A stretch of DNA of 25,073 bases, taken from IMG/VR virus record IMGVR_UViG_3300042997_001175, positions 1 to 25,073 of that record; one strand, 5' to 3'. The notes under the pieces are model-generated. The model saw nothing but the letters and a program-made list of their open reading frames with translations, ran no database searches and was not told where the DNA came from. Of the stretch, positions 1 to 9,365 are shown piece by piece. The stretch comes from a virus (lineage: Duplodnaviria; Caudoviricetes). The stretch's first letter is position 1, and each line of letters starts with the position of its first letter. The translations under genes were made by a program, and so were the position numbers.

Positions 1-1
1 C

Positions 2-3000
2 ACAGCTAATGCTGTAACAACAGGTGTTATACACACATCAGGTCTAGCAACTGTCGGCACAACACTAGCTGTTGGTACATCAGCAACTGTCGGCACAACG
101 CTAGATGTAACAGGAAATACAACATCAGGTAACCTGAATACCGCTAATGCAGTAACAACAGGTGTTATACACACATCAGGTCTAGCAACTGTCGGCACAA
201 CACTAGGTGTAACTGGAAATACAACATCAGGTAACCTGAATACCGCTAATGCTGTAACAACAGGTGTTATACACACATCAGGTCTAGCAACTGTCGGCAC
301 AACATTGGCTGTTGGTACATCAGCAACTGTCGGCACAACACTAGGCGTAACAGGAAATACAACTGCTGGCAATTTGATAACTGCAAATGCAGTAACGACA
401 AGATTGTTACATACATCAGGTCTAGCAACTGTCGGCACAACACTAGCTGTTGGTACATCAGCAACTGTCGGCACAACGCTAGATGTAACAGGAAATACAA
501 CATCAGGTAACCTGAATACCGCTAATGCAGTAACAACACGTTTGTTACACACATCTGGTCTAGCAACTGTCGGCACAACACTGGCTGTTGGCACATCAGC
601 AACTGTTGGAACAACGCTAAATGTAACTGGTAATACAACATCAGGTAATTTGAATACAGCTAATGCGGTAACAACAGGTGTTATATACACCTCAGGTCTA
701 GCAACTGTCGGCACAACATTGGCTGTTGGTACATCAGCAACCGTTGGCACAACGCTAAATGTAACTGGTAATACAACATCAGGTAATTTGAATACAGCTA
801 ATGCAGTGACGACAAGACTACTGTACACATCTGGTCTAGCTACAGTTGAATCATTAACTGCCGGTGTAACAACACTCGCATCCGGTGAAATCACAGGAAG
901 TTTAGTGGTTGGTGGTGACTTCACTATTGTGGGCGCCACACTTCTTGATACAGACACAATCAAACTAAGAGCGACAACAAAACAAACTATTGGTGCAGGT
1001 AGTGGTACAGGTTTTGTTATCAACAGAGCAAACAGTGTAGCATCAATAAACGGAATAAGTGACATTATAACAAGCAATGGTCATGGTTTCAATAACGGTC
1101 AAAACGTTGCTTTTATTTCACTAAACACTGACGTAACAGGTCTATCAAACAACACAATATATCGTGTTGTCCAGAAAACAGATAACACATTCAAAGTTGC
1201 GTCAGTTGGTGCTTATCCAATAGCAATTGATTTTTCAACATCAGGATTAGCCTCCGCAACTTTGCGTGACATAGACAATCCAGACGGTCAAATACGTTGG
1301 AATGAAGTCAATCGCAATTGGGAGTTACGTGATGTTGTTAACACAGTTGATGCTACAGCGTACTCAAAAATTCTAACAGCAAATCTGATTAGTAGTGCTC
1401 TAACATCAACAAGCGCAGACACTGTGTTGAGTTCACAGGGTGCAAACACTCTAGACACAAGAATAGTTACAGCTAACACCAATCTGAAGAACTACGTGGA
1501 TGTTGCTAATACATCCATGAAGTCTTATGTGGATACAGCTAACACCAATCTGAAGAACTACGTGGATGTTGCTAATACGTCCATGAAGTCATATGTGGAT
1601 ACAGCTAATACGTCCATGAAGTCATATGTGGATACAGCTAACACCAATCTGAAGAATTACACAGATAATCTGGTATCTACAGCTAACACCAATCTGAAGA
1701 ACTACGTGGATGTTGCTAATACGTCCATGAAGTCATATGTGGATACAGCTAATACGTCCATGAAGTCATATGTGGATACAGCTAACACCAATCTGAAGAA
1801 TTACACAGATAATCTGGTATCTACAGCTAACACCAATCTGAAGAATTACACAGATAATCTGGTATCTACAGCTAACACCAATCTGAAGAATTACACAGAT
1901 AATTTAGTATCCACAGCTAACACCAATCTGAAGAATTACACAGATAATCTGGTATCTACAGCTAATACTAATCTAAAAAATTATGTGGATACTGAAAATC
2001 TAAAGCCAGTAACAGTTTTAGCTGCTAATGTAGCAAACATAGCATCTATCGTGTCATTAGCAACATTCAGAGCAAACACAGCCGGATCAAATCTACACAA
2101 TTTATTTATTGAGCATATTCGTGAAACCGCAGGATCAAACACTGAAGGAACATACGATAGCATTTCTCGTCAAATTGGTGCATCAGGAACAACTGTACAA
2201 GGACAAATTAAACTAAGAGATTCAACACTGAGATTGCACGGTTTAGGAAAACATCCTGTCGCCCTGGCACCAGACTCATCAACAGGCGATTCATTTGCTA
2301 TAGACTATTATGGTAGAGTTCATGTGGGTGTTCCTTTGGCGAACACAACACCAACGAAAGCCTTGAACATATCCACAACAAGTCCATCCATTGGCTTTTT
2401 AGATAGTCTAACAGGTTTGAATGCCACTTCACGATATTCTTACATTGATGCAAATGATGGAAATCTTGCATTTTTTGCGGATACTTTCCAGACTCAGACA
2501 GATAGTGCGATAACTTTTGCGGTAGATACTTCAACAACAGCGGTGAGAATATTACCATCAGATACGGCGGCAACAAGCACAACAACTGGAACAATGGTTG
2601 TTACCGGCGGTGTGGGTATTTCCGGCGCAGCGTTTGTTGGTGGAAATCTGTCAGTCGCTGGTAATTTATTAGTTTCAGGCACAACCACAACAATCAATAC
2701 AGCACAATTGAACATTGCTGACAATGAATTTGTTCTAAATTCCGATCTTCCAGACAATGTCCAAGCAACTGAAAGTGCTGGCATCACTATCAATAGAGGT
2801 GCAAACACCAATACATATATTCGTTGGAATGAAACTACAGATACATGGGTTGCAAACAATGGAATTACAGCGGGTGAATTCCGTCTAGCAAATAGCACAA
2901 CATATCTAACTGAAGGCACAAACCTATATCTGACCGCAGCTAGAGTTCGTGCGAACGTTGGCAATACTGCACCGATATTATACAATTCAAGCACTGGTGT

Positions 3001-4288
3001 GTTCTCACATGCAACATCAGGTGTAACAGCAGCCACACATGGTAGTAGCACATCAGTCCCAGTATTTGTAGTGAACGATACAGGTCACATAACTTCTGTT
3101 TCCAACACAGCAATTGCATTTCCAGCAGAAGCTGACACCCTAGAAACTGTTACTGCGCGTGGCGCAACTACAACCAACGCAATCACAATCAATAATACAA
3201 CAGCAGCAACAAGTAATAGCACTGGTGCATTGATTCTTAAAGGTGGTATCTCAGGTAATGCTAACGCTAGATTTGATGCAGTGTTTGATGCGGGAAATCG
3301 TGTAATAAGCAGTGTATCAAACACTGCGCCTATAAACGCAACAGTGTCCGCAAATATCCTGACACTATCACACGCAACATCCGGTGTAACAGCAGCCACA
3401 CATGGTACTAGCATCGCTGTGCCTATATTTGTTGTGAATGCTGAAGGTCATGTAACAGGTGTCACAAACACAACAATTCGTTCAGCAACAACATCACAAA
3501 CTGGTGTTGTTCAACTGGAAGACTCTGTAACAAGTACAAGTAATACGACTGCCGCTGTTCCAAACTCAGTTAGAATTGCGCAAAATCATGCGCAGGCAGC
3601 ATTTGGTGTCGCCAACTCAGCAACAACAACAGCACAAGCTGCTTTCAATACTGCTAACTCAGCAACAACAACAGCACAAGCTGGATTCAATACTGCTAAC
3701 TCAGCAACAACAACAGCACAAGCTGCTTTCAATACTGCTAACTCAGCAACAACAACAGCACAAGCAGCTTTCAATACTGCTAACGGTAAGATATCATCAG
3801 TAACTATTACCAATGGTACAGGCGTTTCGGGTGGTGGCACAGGGTCATCTTTTACACTATCAATTGGTCAAGCTGTTGCCAATACATCCAATGTTCGATT
3901 TGCTTCCGTTGGTGTGGGAACAGCAGCAGATTCGGCTAACACTGGGTCGATTGTTGCAACTGGCGATATCACAGCATACTATTCCGATGATAGACTAAAA
4001 ACTAAGCTAGGAAATATTGAGAACGCCTTGAGTAAGGTTGAGCAATTGTCTGGATTCTATTATGAAGCAAACGAGGTTGCTCAAGAACTTGGTTATAATG
4101 CTAAACGTGAAGTTGGTGTAAGTGCTCAAGAAGTGCAAAAAGTTATGCCCGAAGTAATTGCACCTGCTCCAATTGATGAACAGTATCTGACAGTAAAGTA
4201 TGAGAGAATGGTTCCTCTTCTGATTGAAGCTATCAAAGAACTGAAACAACAAGTTGATGACATAAAGAATCAACTAAATAACCAATAA
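2..4288 (+). CDS. Large repeat-rich tail fibre with C-terminal peptidase S74 intramolecular chaperone (5' partial, >1428 aa)
   Basis: The frame is open from base 2 (TANAVTTGVIHTSG...), so the tracked TTG start at 305 is internal. Thr/Ala/Gly/Asn-rich, with three tandem-repeat arrays, fibre modules (GNLxVxGTTTTIN; SGVTAATHG...P.FVV...GH.T twice) and a C-terminal AYYSDDRLK...G..AQEV..V.PE...VKY..MVPLLIEAIKEL S74 signature. Confidence 0.9.
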   Translation, partial: TANAVTTGVIHTSGLATVGTTLAVGTSATVGTTLDVTGNTTSGNLNTANAVTTGVIHTSGLATVGTTLGVTGNTTSGNLNTANAVTTGVIHTSGLATVGTTLAVGTSATVGTTLGVTGNTTAGNLITANAVTTRLLHTSGLATVGTTLAVGTSATVGTTLDVTGNTTSGNLNTANAVTTRLLHTSGLATVGTTLAVGTSATVGTTLNVTGNTTSGNLNTANAVTTGVIYTSGLATVGTTLAVGTSATVGTTLNVTGNTTSGNLNTANAVTTRLLYTSGLATVESLTAGVTTLASGEITGSLVVGGDFTIVGATLLDTDTIKLRATTKQTIGAGSGTGFVINRANSVASINGISDIITSNGHGFNNGQNVAFISLNTDVTGLSNNTIYRVVQKTDNTFKVASVGAYPIAIDFSTSGLASATLRDIDNPDGQIRWNEVNRNWELRDVVNTVDATAYSKILTANLISSALTSTSADTVLSSQGANTLDTRIVTANTNLKNYVDVANTSMKSYVDTANTNLKNYVDVANTSMKSYVDTANTSMKSYVDTANTNLKNYTDNLVSTANTNLKNYVDVANTSMKSYVDTANTSMKSYVDTANTNLKNYTDNLVSTANTNLKNYTDNLVSTANTNLKNYTDNLVSTANTNLKNYTDNLVSTANTNLKNYVDTENLKPVTVLAANVANIASIVSLATFRANTAGSNLHNLFIEHIRETAGSNTEGTYDSISRQIGASGTTVQGQIKLRDSTLRLHGLGKHPVALAPDSSTGDSFAIDYYGRVHVGVPLANTTPTKALNISTTSPSIGFLDSLTGLNATSRYSYIDANDGNLAFFADTFQTQTDSAITFAVDTSTTAVRILPSDTAATSTTTGTMVVTGGVGISGAAFVGGNLSVAGNLLVSGTTTTINTAQLNIADNEFVLNSDLPDNVQATESAGITINRGANTNTYIRWNETTDTWVANNGITAGEFRLANSTTYLTEGTNLYLTAARVRANVGNTAPILYNSSTGVFSHATSGVTAATHGSSTSVPVFVVNDTGHITSVSNTAIAFPAEADTLETVTARGATTTNAITINNTTAATSNSTGALILKGGISGNANARFDAVFDAGNRVISSVSNTAPINATVSANILTLSHATSGVTAATHGTSIAVPIFVVNAEGHVTGVTNTTIRSATTSQTGVVQLEDSVTSTSNTTAAVPNSVRIAQNHAQAAFGVANSATTTAQAAFNTANSATTTAQAGFNTANSATTTAQAAFNTANSATTTAQAAFNTANGKISSVTITNGTGVSGGGTGSSFTLSIGQAVANTSNVRFASVGVGTAADSANTGSIVATGDITAYYSDDRLKTKLGNIENALSKVEQLSGFYYEANEVAQELGYNAKREVGVSAQEVQKVMPEVIAPAPIDEQYLTVKYERMVPLLIEAIKELKQQVDDIKNQLNNQ
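5..848 (+). repeat. Coding tandem repeat, 138 bp / 46 aa unit
   Basis: Units start at 5, 143, 245, 383, 521, 659 and 797. The unit at 143 is 102 bp (36-bp in-frame deletion) and the last is partial. Consensus ANAVTTGVIHTSGLATVGTTLAVGTSATVGTTLDVTGNTTSGNLNT. Confidence 0.95.
1469..1990 (+). repeat. Coding tandem array of 33-bp (11 aa) and 45-bp (15 aa) units, coiled-coil stalk
   Basis: Nine 11-mers (TANTNLKNYVD or [VT]ANTSMKSYVD) and five 15-mers (TANTNLKNYTDNLVS) give 174 aa, near-identical at DNA level. Confidence 0.95.
3590..3784 (+). repeat. Coding tandem repeat, 42 bp / 14 aa (AQAAFNTANSATTT), about 4.6 copies
   Basis: Directly visible in DNA and protein; double-heptad period. Confidence 0.95.
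4273..4280 (+). promoter_or_regulatory. Possible T4-type late promoter variant ACTAAATA
   Basis: Matches the 3' TAAATA core of the T4 late consensus TATAAATA and lies 20 bp before the next start. The same caactaaataa 11-mer occurs at 16036. Confidence 0.4.
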
Positions 4289-4300
4289 CGGAGTTTACAG

Positions 4301-4633
4301 TTGGCTGCTTTTTCAGAATTAGTTATAGAACAGGGTGCTTCATTTTCAACATTTGTGAATGTTGAGGACACCAATGGTGAGGCAATTAATCTACAATCAT
4401 ATGCTGCCGCATCTCAAATGCGCAAGTCTTATTATTCAGCCACATCTTTTGTAATAAATGCATCAGTGACTGGTACGGCAAATGGAGAGATAACTCTTTC
4501 CATGCCAGCAGCAAATACTGCAAATTTGAGTGCGGGTAGATACGTATATGATTTGAAGATAACATCGTCAGCCAATGTTGTTTCGCGTGTAGTTGAAGGT
4601 ATTGTAACAGTTCTTCCATCAGTTACGAGGTAA
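4301..4633 (+). CDS. Conserved T4-like virion structural protein (Ig-like/BppU-like adaptor, 110 aa)
   Basis: TTG start with GGAG at 4290-4293. Motif L.IEQGA.F....QMRKSY...GRYVYD.....RVVEG.VTV.P.VTR is typical of small structural genes of aquatic T4-like phages. Confidence 0.75.
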   Translation: MAAFSELVIEQGASFSTFVNVEDTNGEAINLQSYAAASQMRKSYYSATSFVINASVTGTANGEITLSMPAANTANLSAGRYVYDLKITSSANVVSRVVEGIVTVLPSVTR

Positions 4634-4635
4634 TT

Positions 4636-4860
4636 ATGGCAACAATAGGAAAAGTTACAATAACATCACCAGTAAGAACAACTATTGCTGATCCAAAATT
4701 TCGCCCAAAACCAAATGTTGCTTTGAGTGAACTGACCGATGTATCTATAGTTTCACCTGAAGATGGTGAACTCGTTGCATATGACGCAGTATCTGGAAAA
4801 TTTAAAACATCATCGATTGTTGATATAGCAATTGGAAATATCAACGGCGGACAATTCTAA
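4636..4860 (+). CDS. Small fibre connector-like protein (74 aa) ending INGGQF
   Basis: GAGG RBS. One L..L.DV.....DG....YD....F fibre repeat motif; tightly packed between neighbours. Confidence 0.7.
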   Translation: MATIGKVTITSPVRTTIADPKFRPKPNVALSELTDVSIVSPEDGELVAYDAVSGKFKTSSIVDIAIGNINGGQF

Positions 4861-4878
4861 AACAATAAAGAGAGCTTT

Positions 4879-6501
4879 ATGGCCAATACAGTAATTCAAC
4901 TAAAATACTCCAACGTAACCAGTGTTCCTCCAACACTGAATGTTGCTGAACCTGCTTATTCAAATGTAAGTAATAAACTATGGATTGATGACGGCACAGG
5001 TGTTGTTGCAATTGGTGGTAAATACTACACAGGAATTATTGATGCCGCAACTACTGCGGCAACAGCAAATACACTGGTCTTGCGTAATGCCGTGGGCAGT
5101 GCGAGTTTTAACGTAGTAACTGCGAACAGTTTTTCTGGTAATATTGTTGGCAACGCTGCTACAGCATCAAAGTGGTTAGCGCCAATTGATTTGGGACTAG
5201 CTGGTGATGCAACAGGTAATGTATCAATTGATGGTTCAGCTAATGTGACACTTACCGTTGATCTAACAGCGAGTGGTGTTGCAGCAGGCACATATGGTGG
5301 AACAACAAACATTCCTGTATTCACAGTTGCAACTGACGGCAGAGTAACTTCAGCAGCTAACGTATCCGTCGCAACAAATCTAGCAATCGCAGGTGATACA
5401 GGCACAGATACACTATCACTACTAACTGACACACTAACATTTGTTGGTGCTGATGGTATTACATCAGTTGTTGATGGTGCAGGAAACAACGTTGCATTCT
5501 CAGTTGATAATACAGTTATTCGTACTACAGGTGGTCAAACAATCGCAGGCAGCCTAGCAATTACGGGTGACCTGGTTATTTCCGGCAATACAGTAACACA
5601 AGACGTTACCACAATAACAACAGAAGACTCGCTAATCAAACTTGCAGCAAACAACGTTGCGGATGCGATTGATATTGGTTTCTATGGTCAATACACAAAC
5701 GGTGGAACAAAATACACAGGTCTGGTGCGCGATGCAACGGACGGAGTATTCAAGTTATTCACAAATGAAGAAGTTGATCCCACATCTAACGTAGTTGCAT
5801 ATGGTGCTGAAAATCGTGCAACTATTGAAGCTAACTTCACGGGCGGTAATGTAAGCAGTTTATTCTCCGATATCGTGGTTGCAGATGGTGGTACAGGTAG
5901 AGGATCATTCACAGCAGGAACAATTCTTATCGGTAATAGCACGGATGGTTTACTTGAATTGGCCAACACAGGAACTGCTGGAACTTATGGAACTGCAAAC
6001 ACTATTCCAGTGATTAGTACAGATGCTTACGGTCGTGTCACAAATATTACAAACACTACAGTAGAAATATCCACTGAAGAAGTTACTTCAGGTATATTCC
6101 CTATCATTCACGGTGGTACAAATAACAGTTCCTACACAACAGGAACTATTACATACTATGATGGTAATAAGATTGCATCATTAGCTAACACAGGAACAGC
6201 AGGAACTTATGGAACCGCAAGTGATGTTCCTGTCATCACAACGGATCCATTTGGGCGTGTTTCTTTAGTAACAAATACTGCTATTGCCCTAAGTGCGTCA
6301 GCAATCACATCAGGTACATTGGGTATTGACAGAGGTGGTTCAGGAGCATCGTCATTCACAGTAAAAGGTGTTATTGTATCTGATCAGTCTTCAACAACTG
6401 GCGCATTGAGTGCATTAACTTCTTCAACAGAAGGGCACGTGTTACAAATAAATTCTTCAGGAGCACCAACTTTTGCGCATCTAAATGGCGGAACATTCTA
6501 A
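4879..6501 (+). CDS. Tail fibre protein (540 aa), gp37-N/Mtd-N-like N-terminus, ends LNGGTF
   Basis: N-terminal IQLK....P..L...E.AY.....L, three AGTYG....P....(D)..GRV modules and a DIGF...Y...K.TGLVRD module. Confidence 0.85.
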   Translation: MANTVIQLKYSNVTSVPPTLNVAEPAYSNVSNKLWIDDGTGVVAIGGKYYTGIIDAATTAATANTLVLRNAVGSASFNVVTANSFSGNIVGNAATASKWLAPIDLGLAGDATGNVSIDGSANVTLTVDLTASGVAAGTYGGTTNIPVFTVATDGRVTSAANVSVATNLAIAGDTGTDTLSLLTDTLTFVGADGITSVVDGAGNNVAFSVDNTVIRTTGGQTIAGSLAITGDLVISGNTVTQDVTTITTEDSLIKLAANNVADAIDIGFYGQYTNGGTKYTGLVRDATDGVFKLFTNEEVDPTSNVVAYGAENRATIEANFTGGNVSSLFSDIVVADGGTGRGSFTAGTILIGNSTDGLLELANTGTAGTYGTANTIPVISTDAYGRVTNITNTTVEISTEEVTSGIFPIIHGGTNNSSYTTGTITYYDGNKIASLANTGTAGTYGTASDVPVITTDPFGRVSLVTNTAIALSASAITSGTLGIDRGGSGASSFTVKGVIVSDQSSTTGALSALTSSTEGHVLQINSSGAPTFAHLNGGTF

Positions 6502-6523
6502 ATTATTTTGATAGGAGATTATT

Positions 6524-7006
6524 ATGGACGTGAGATTACAAAATGCATATGTGGAAGTTCTGCTTTCCAACTTCTTGGAGGTCGTGAAGCAGAACATAAT
6601 GTTTCAAGCTCAACTAGAATTGAGTAAATCGGATGTCAATGAGGCATCAGAAACAAAAAGAAAAATACAAGAACTCTCTAAACGAAATGAAGAGTTGCAG
6701 CATGAAATTGTGCAAAAAGAAACACAGTCAACAAGCGCAATAAGTCAAGAAAAAAATAGACTTCAACAAGCTGTCAATGATTACATGCGCCAGCTAGAAG
6801 CATCTAAAAATGAAGTTTCTATAATCAAAGGAGCATTAGCCGCGGCCAATGAGCATCGCGAAGAGTTGACTAAATATGTTGTAGTGCTGGAGCAAACTGT
6901 GCCCGCAAATAAACTCAAGAAACTAAAATTGGGTGACGACAATAAAACTTTCGCTCCAGAACAATCAACTCAAGAAGATGTTGTGAAATCTGGAGGATCA
7001 TTCTAA
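6524..7006 (+). CDS. Coiled-coil hypothetical protein (160 aa), ends KSGGSF
   Basis: AGGAG RBS at 6513. E/K/Q-rich and helical-looking, unlike the flanking fibres. Confidence 0.75.
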   Translation: MDVRLQNAYVEVLLSNFLEVVKQNIMFQAQLELSKSDVNEASETKRKIQELSKRNEELQHEIVQKETQSTSAISQEKNRLQQAVNDYMRQLEASKNEVSIIKGALAAANEHREELTKYVVVLEQTVPANKLKKLKLGDDNKTFAPEQSTQEDVVKSGGSF

Positions 7007-7016
7007 GACTCACTAG

Positions 7017-9365
7017 ATGGCGAATACGATAATTCAACTAAAAAATTCGGGAATTCCGGGCAATGTGCCATCTATACTACAACCCGGTGAACTTGCTATC
7101 AACTACACTGATGGCAAGTTGTTCTATGGAAATTCAATAAACGTTGCCACACTGTTTGATGCTATAACTGAGCCAAGTGGTCTAAACGGCGAAATTCAAT
7201 TTAACGATTCTGGCTCATTTGGCGCGTCAGCGAATTTGAAGTATGATACTGCCACAAAAACACTAATAGTTGATGAAGTATCAAGTCGTACAACTGATAG
7301 AATATTCAGTCACGCCAATGGCGCATTCAGTACGGCAAACACAAAACTAAACGCAACAGGCGGAACAATATCTGGTGACTTGATAATTTCAGGTAACTTG
7401 ACGATAACAGGTAATACTGTAGCACACTCAGCCAACGATTTCATAGTCAATGATCCTATAGTTTTACTAGCAAATAACAATCTGGGGAATTTACTAGACA
7501 TTGGTTTTGTTGCACACTATGAAGATGGTAGCGCAAACACTAAACATACAGGTTTAGTTAGGGATGTTTCTGCTGGTGTTTGGTATCTGTTTGAAGACTA
7601 TATTCCCCACATACAGGAAAACAACATACTGGATGTTGGCGATGCGTCATTTAGAGTGTCAACGCTGTCTGCAAACATAGTAACGGATGTTATTACAGTT
7701 CGCGGCGTTGATCCTTTGACTAGAGCTAATTCAGCATATGCTGAAGCCAATACGAAACTATCAACGAGTGGTGGAACAATAACAGGAAATGTTTCCGTAG
7801 TAGGAAATGTTTTAGTCAACAGTGCAGTAGTAATCAACTCACTGGGCCAATGGGTAGGAGCAAATACAGGATTAATTGGTCCACAAGGATCAGTTGGTGC
7901 TCAAGGCGTCCAAGGAGCTACTGGTGCACAAGGATCAGTTGGAGCACAAGGTGCTCAGGGAGCTACTGGTGCTCAAGGATCAGTTGGAGCACAAGGTGTG
8001 CAGGGTGCTACTGGTGCTCAAGGATCAGTTGGTGCTCAGGGAGCTACTGGTGCTCAAGGAGCTATTGGAGCACAGGGTGTTGAAGGTGCTCAAGGAGCTA
8101 CTGGTGCACAAGGATCAGTTGGAGCACAAGGCGTAGCAGGGGCTCAGGGATCAGTTGGAGCACAAGGTGCTATTGGTGCTCAGGGCGCTATTGGTGCTCA
8201 AGGATCAGTTGGAGCACAAGGTGATATTGGAGCCCAAGGATCAGTTGGTGCTCAAGGTTCTGTTGGAGCACAAGGTGCTATTGGAGCCCAAGGATCAGTT
8301 GGAGCACAAGGTTCTGTTGGAGCACAGGGTGCAGTTGGTGCTCAAGGTTCTGTTGGAGCCCAAGGATCAGTTGGAGCACAAGGTGCTATTGGTGCTCAAG
8401 GTTCTGTTGGAGCACAGGGTGCAGTTGGTGCTCAAGGTTCTGTTGGAGCACAGGGAGATACTGGTTCGCCTGGTGCTCAGGGCGCTATTGGTGCTCAAGG
8501 ATCAGTTGGTGCTCAAGGTTCTGTTGGAGCACAAGGTTCTGTTGGAGCACAGGGTGCAGTTGGTGCTCAAGGATCAGTTGGAGCACAAGGCGTAGCAGGG
8601 GCTCAAGGAACAGTAGGTGCTCAAGGCTCTATTGGAGCCCAAGGATCAGTTGGAGCACAAGGAGCTACTGGTGCTCAAGGCGTTCAAGGAGCTACTGGTG
8701 CTCAAGGTGTCCAAGGCGTCCAAGGAGCTACTGGTGCTCAAGGCGTTCAAGGTGGTCCAGGTGCTCAAGGCGTTCAAGGTGCTCCTGGTGCTCAAGGCGT
8801 TCAAGGAGCTACTGGTGCTCAAGGCGTCCAAGGAGCTACTGGTTCGCCAGGTGCTCAAGGCGTTCAAGGAGCTACCGGACCGTCGACCGCTATCAATGCA
8901 ACAAACACGACAACATCACAAACATCATATATTGTTGGTGTGAACGCCGCCGGTTCAAATCAAACACCGTTTGTCTCTGCAACTAATGCAGTATATTTTA
9001 ATCCAAGTACTGGAACACTATTCGCTGTTGCAAAATCATTCAGAATACCACATCCAACCAAGTCAGGAAAGATGCTGGTGTATGGTGTGCTTGAAGGTCC
9101 AGAAAATGGTGTTTACGCTAGAGGTAGACTCACTGGTTCGAACACAATTGAATTGCCCGAATATTGGACTAAATTAGTTGATCCGAATTCAATCACTGTG
9201 AATTTGACACCAATAGGTAAATTTCAACAAGTGTTTGTTGAAAACATCGCAGAAAACGTTGTGTATGTTGGTAGTGAAAATGCCATTGATTGCTTCTTTA
9301 CAGTTTGGGCTGAACGTGTAGATATTGATAAACTTGTTGTGGAGACCGAGAGCGATGGGGATTAA
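7017..9365 (+). CDS. Collagen-like tail fibre (782 aa) with gp37-N-like head and C-terminal KSF..HP..EGPE domain
   Basis: MANTIIQLK.....P..L.PGELAINYTDGKLF resembles the T4 gp37 N-terminus. About 112 G-X-Y triplets, then KSFRIPHPTK...LEGPENGVY.RGRL...IELPEYW. Confidence 0.9.
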   Translation: MANTIIQLKNSGIPGNVPSILQPGELAINYTDGKLFYGNSINVATLFDAITEPSGLNGEIQFNDSGSFGASANLKYDTATKTLIVDEVSSRTTDRIFSHANGAFSTANTKLNATGGTISGDLIISGNLTITGNTVAHSANDFIVNDPIVLLANNNLGNLLDIGFVAHYEDGSANTKHTGLVRDVSAGVWYLFEDYIPHIQENNILDVGDASFRVSTLSANIVTDVITVRGVDPLTRANSAYAEANTKLSTSGGTITGNVSVVGNVLVNSAVVINSLGQWVGANTGLIGPQGSVGAQGVQGATGAQGSVGAQGAQGATGAQGSVGAQGVQGATGAQGSVGAQGATGAQGAIGAQGVEGAQGATGAQGSVGAQGVAGAQGSVGAQGAIGAQGAIGAQGSVGAQGDIGAQGSVGAQGSVGAQGAIGAQGSVGAQGSVGAQGAVGAQGSVGAQGSVGAQGAIGAQGSVGAQGAVGAQGSVGAQGDTGSPGAQGAIGAQGSVGAQGSVGAQGSVGAQGAVGAQGSVGAQGVAGAQGTVGAQGSIGAQGSVGAQGATGAQGVQGATGAQGVQGVQGATGAQGVQGGPGAQGVQGAPGAQGVQGATGAQGVQGATGSPGAQGVQGATGPSTAINATNTTTSQTSYIVGVNAAGSNQTPFVSATNAVYFNPSTGTLFAVAKSFRIPHPTKSGKMLVYGVLEGPENGVYARGRLTGSNTIELPEYWTKLVDPNSITVNLTPIGKFQQVFVENIAENVVYVGSENAIDCFFTVWAERVDIDKLVVETESDGD
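7878..8885 (+). repeat. Collagen triple-helix repeat, about 112 G-X-Y triplets (GAQ/GSV/GVQ/GAT)
   Basis: 1008 bp from GPQ to GPS, with no interruption seen. Confidence 0.95.

Noticed and set aside
1469-1990. CRISPR-like array of about 33-bp repeats
   Set aside because: There are no unique spacers, the units are multiples of 3 inside an ORF, and no cas genes are present.
4636-7006. Ubiquitin-like C-terminal GG conjugation system
   Set aside because: GG is followed by x-F, and there is no beta-grasp protein, E1/E2 or JAB peptidase in the window.
7850-8943. Alternative-frame ORFs over the collagen repeats (also 15110-15764)
   Set aside because: These are shadows of low-complexity GXY codons, with no RBS and repetitive products.
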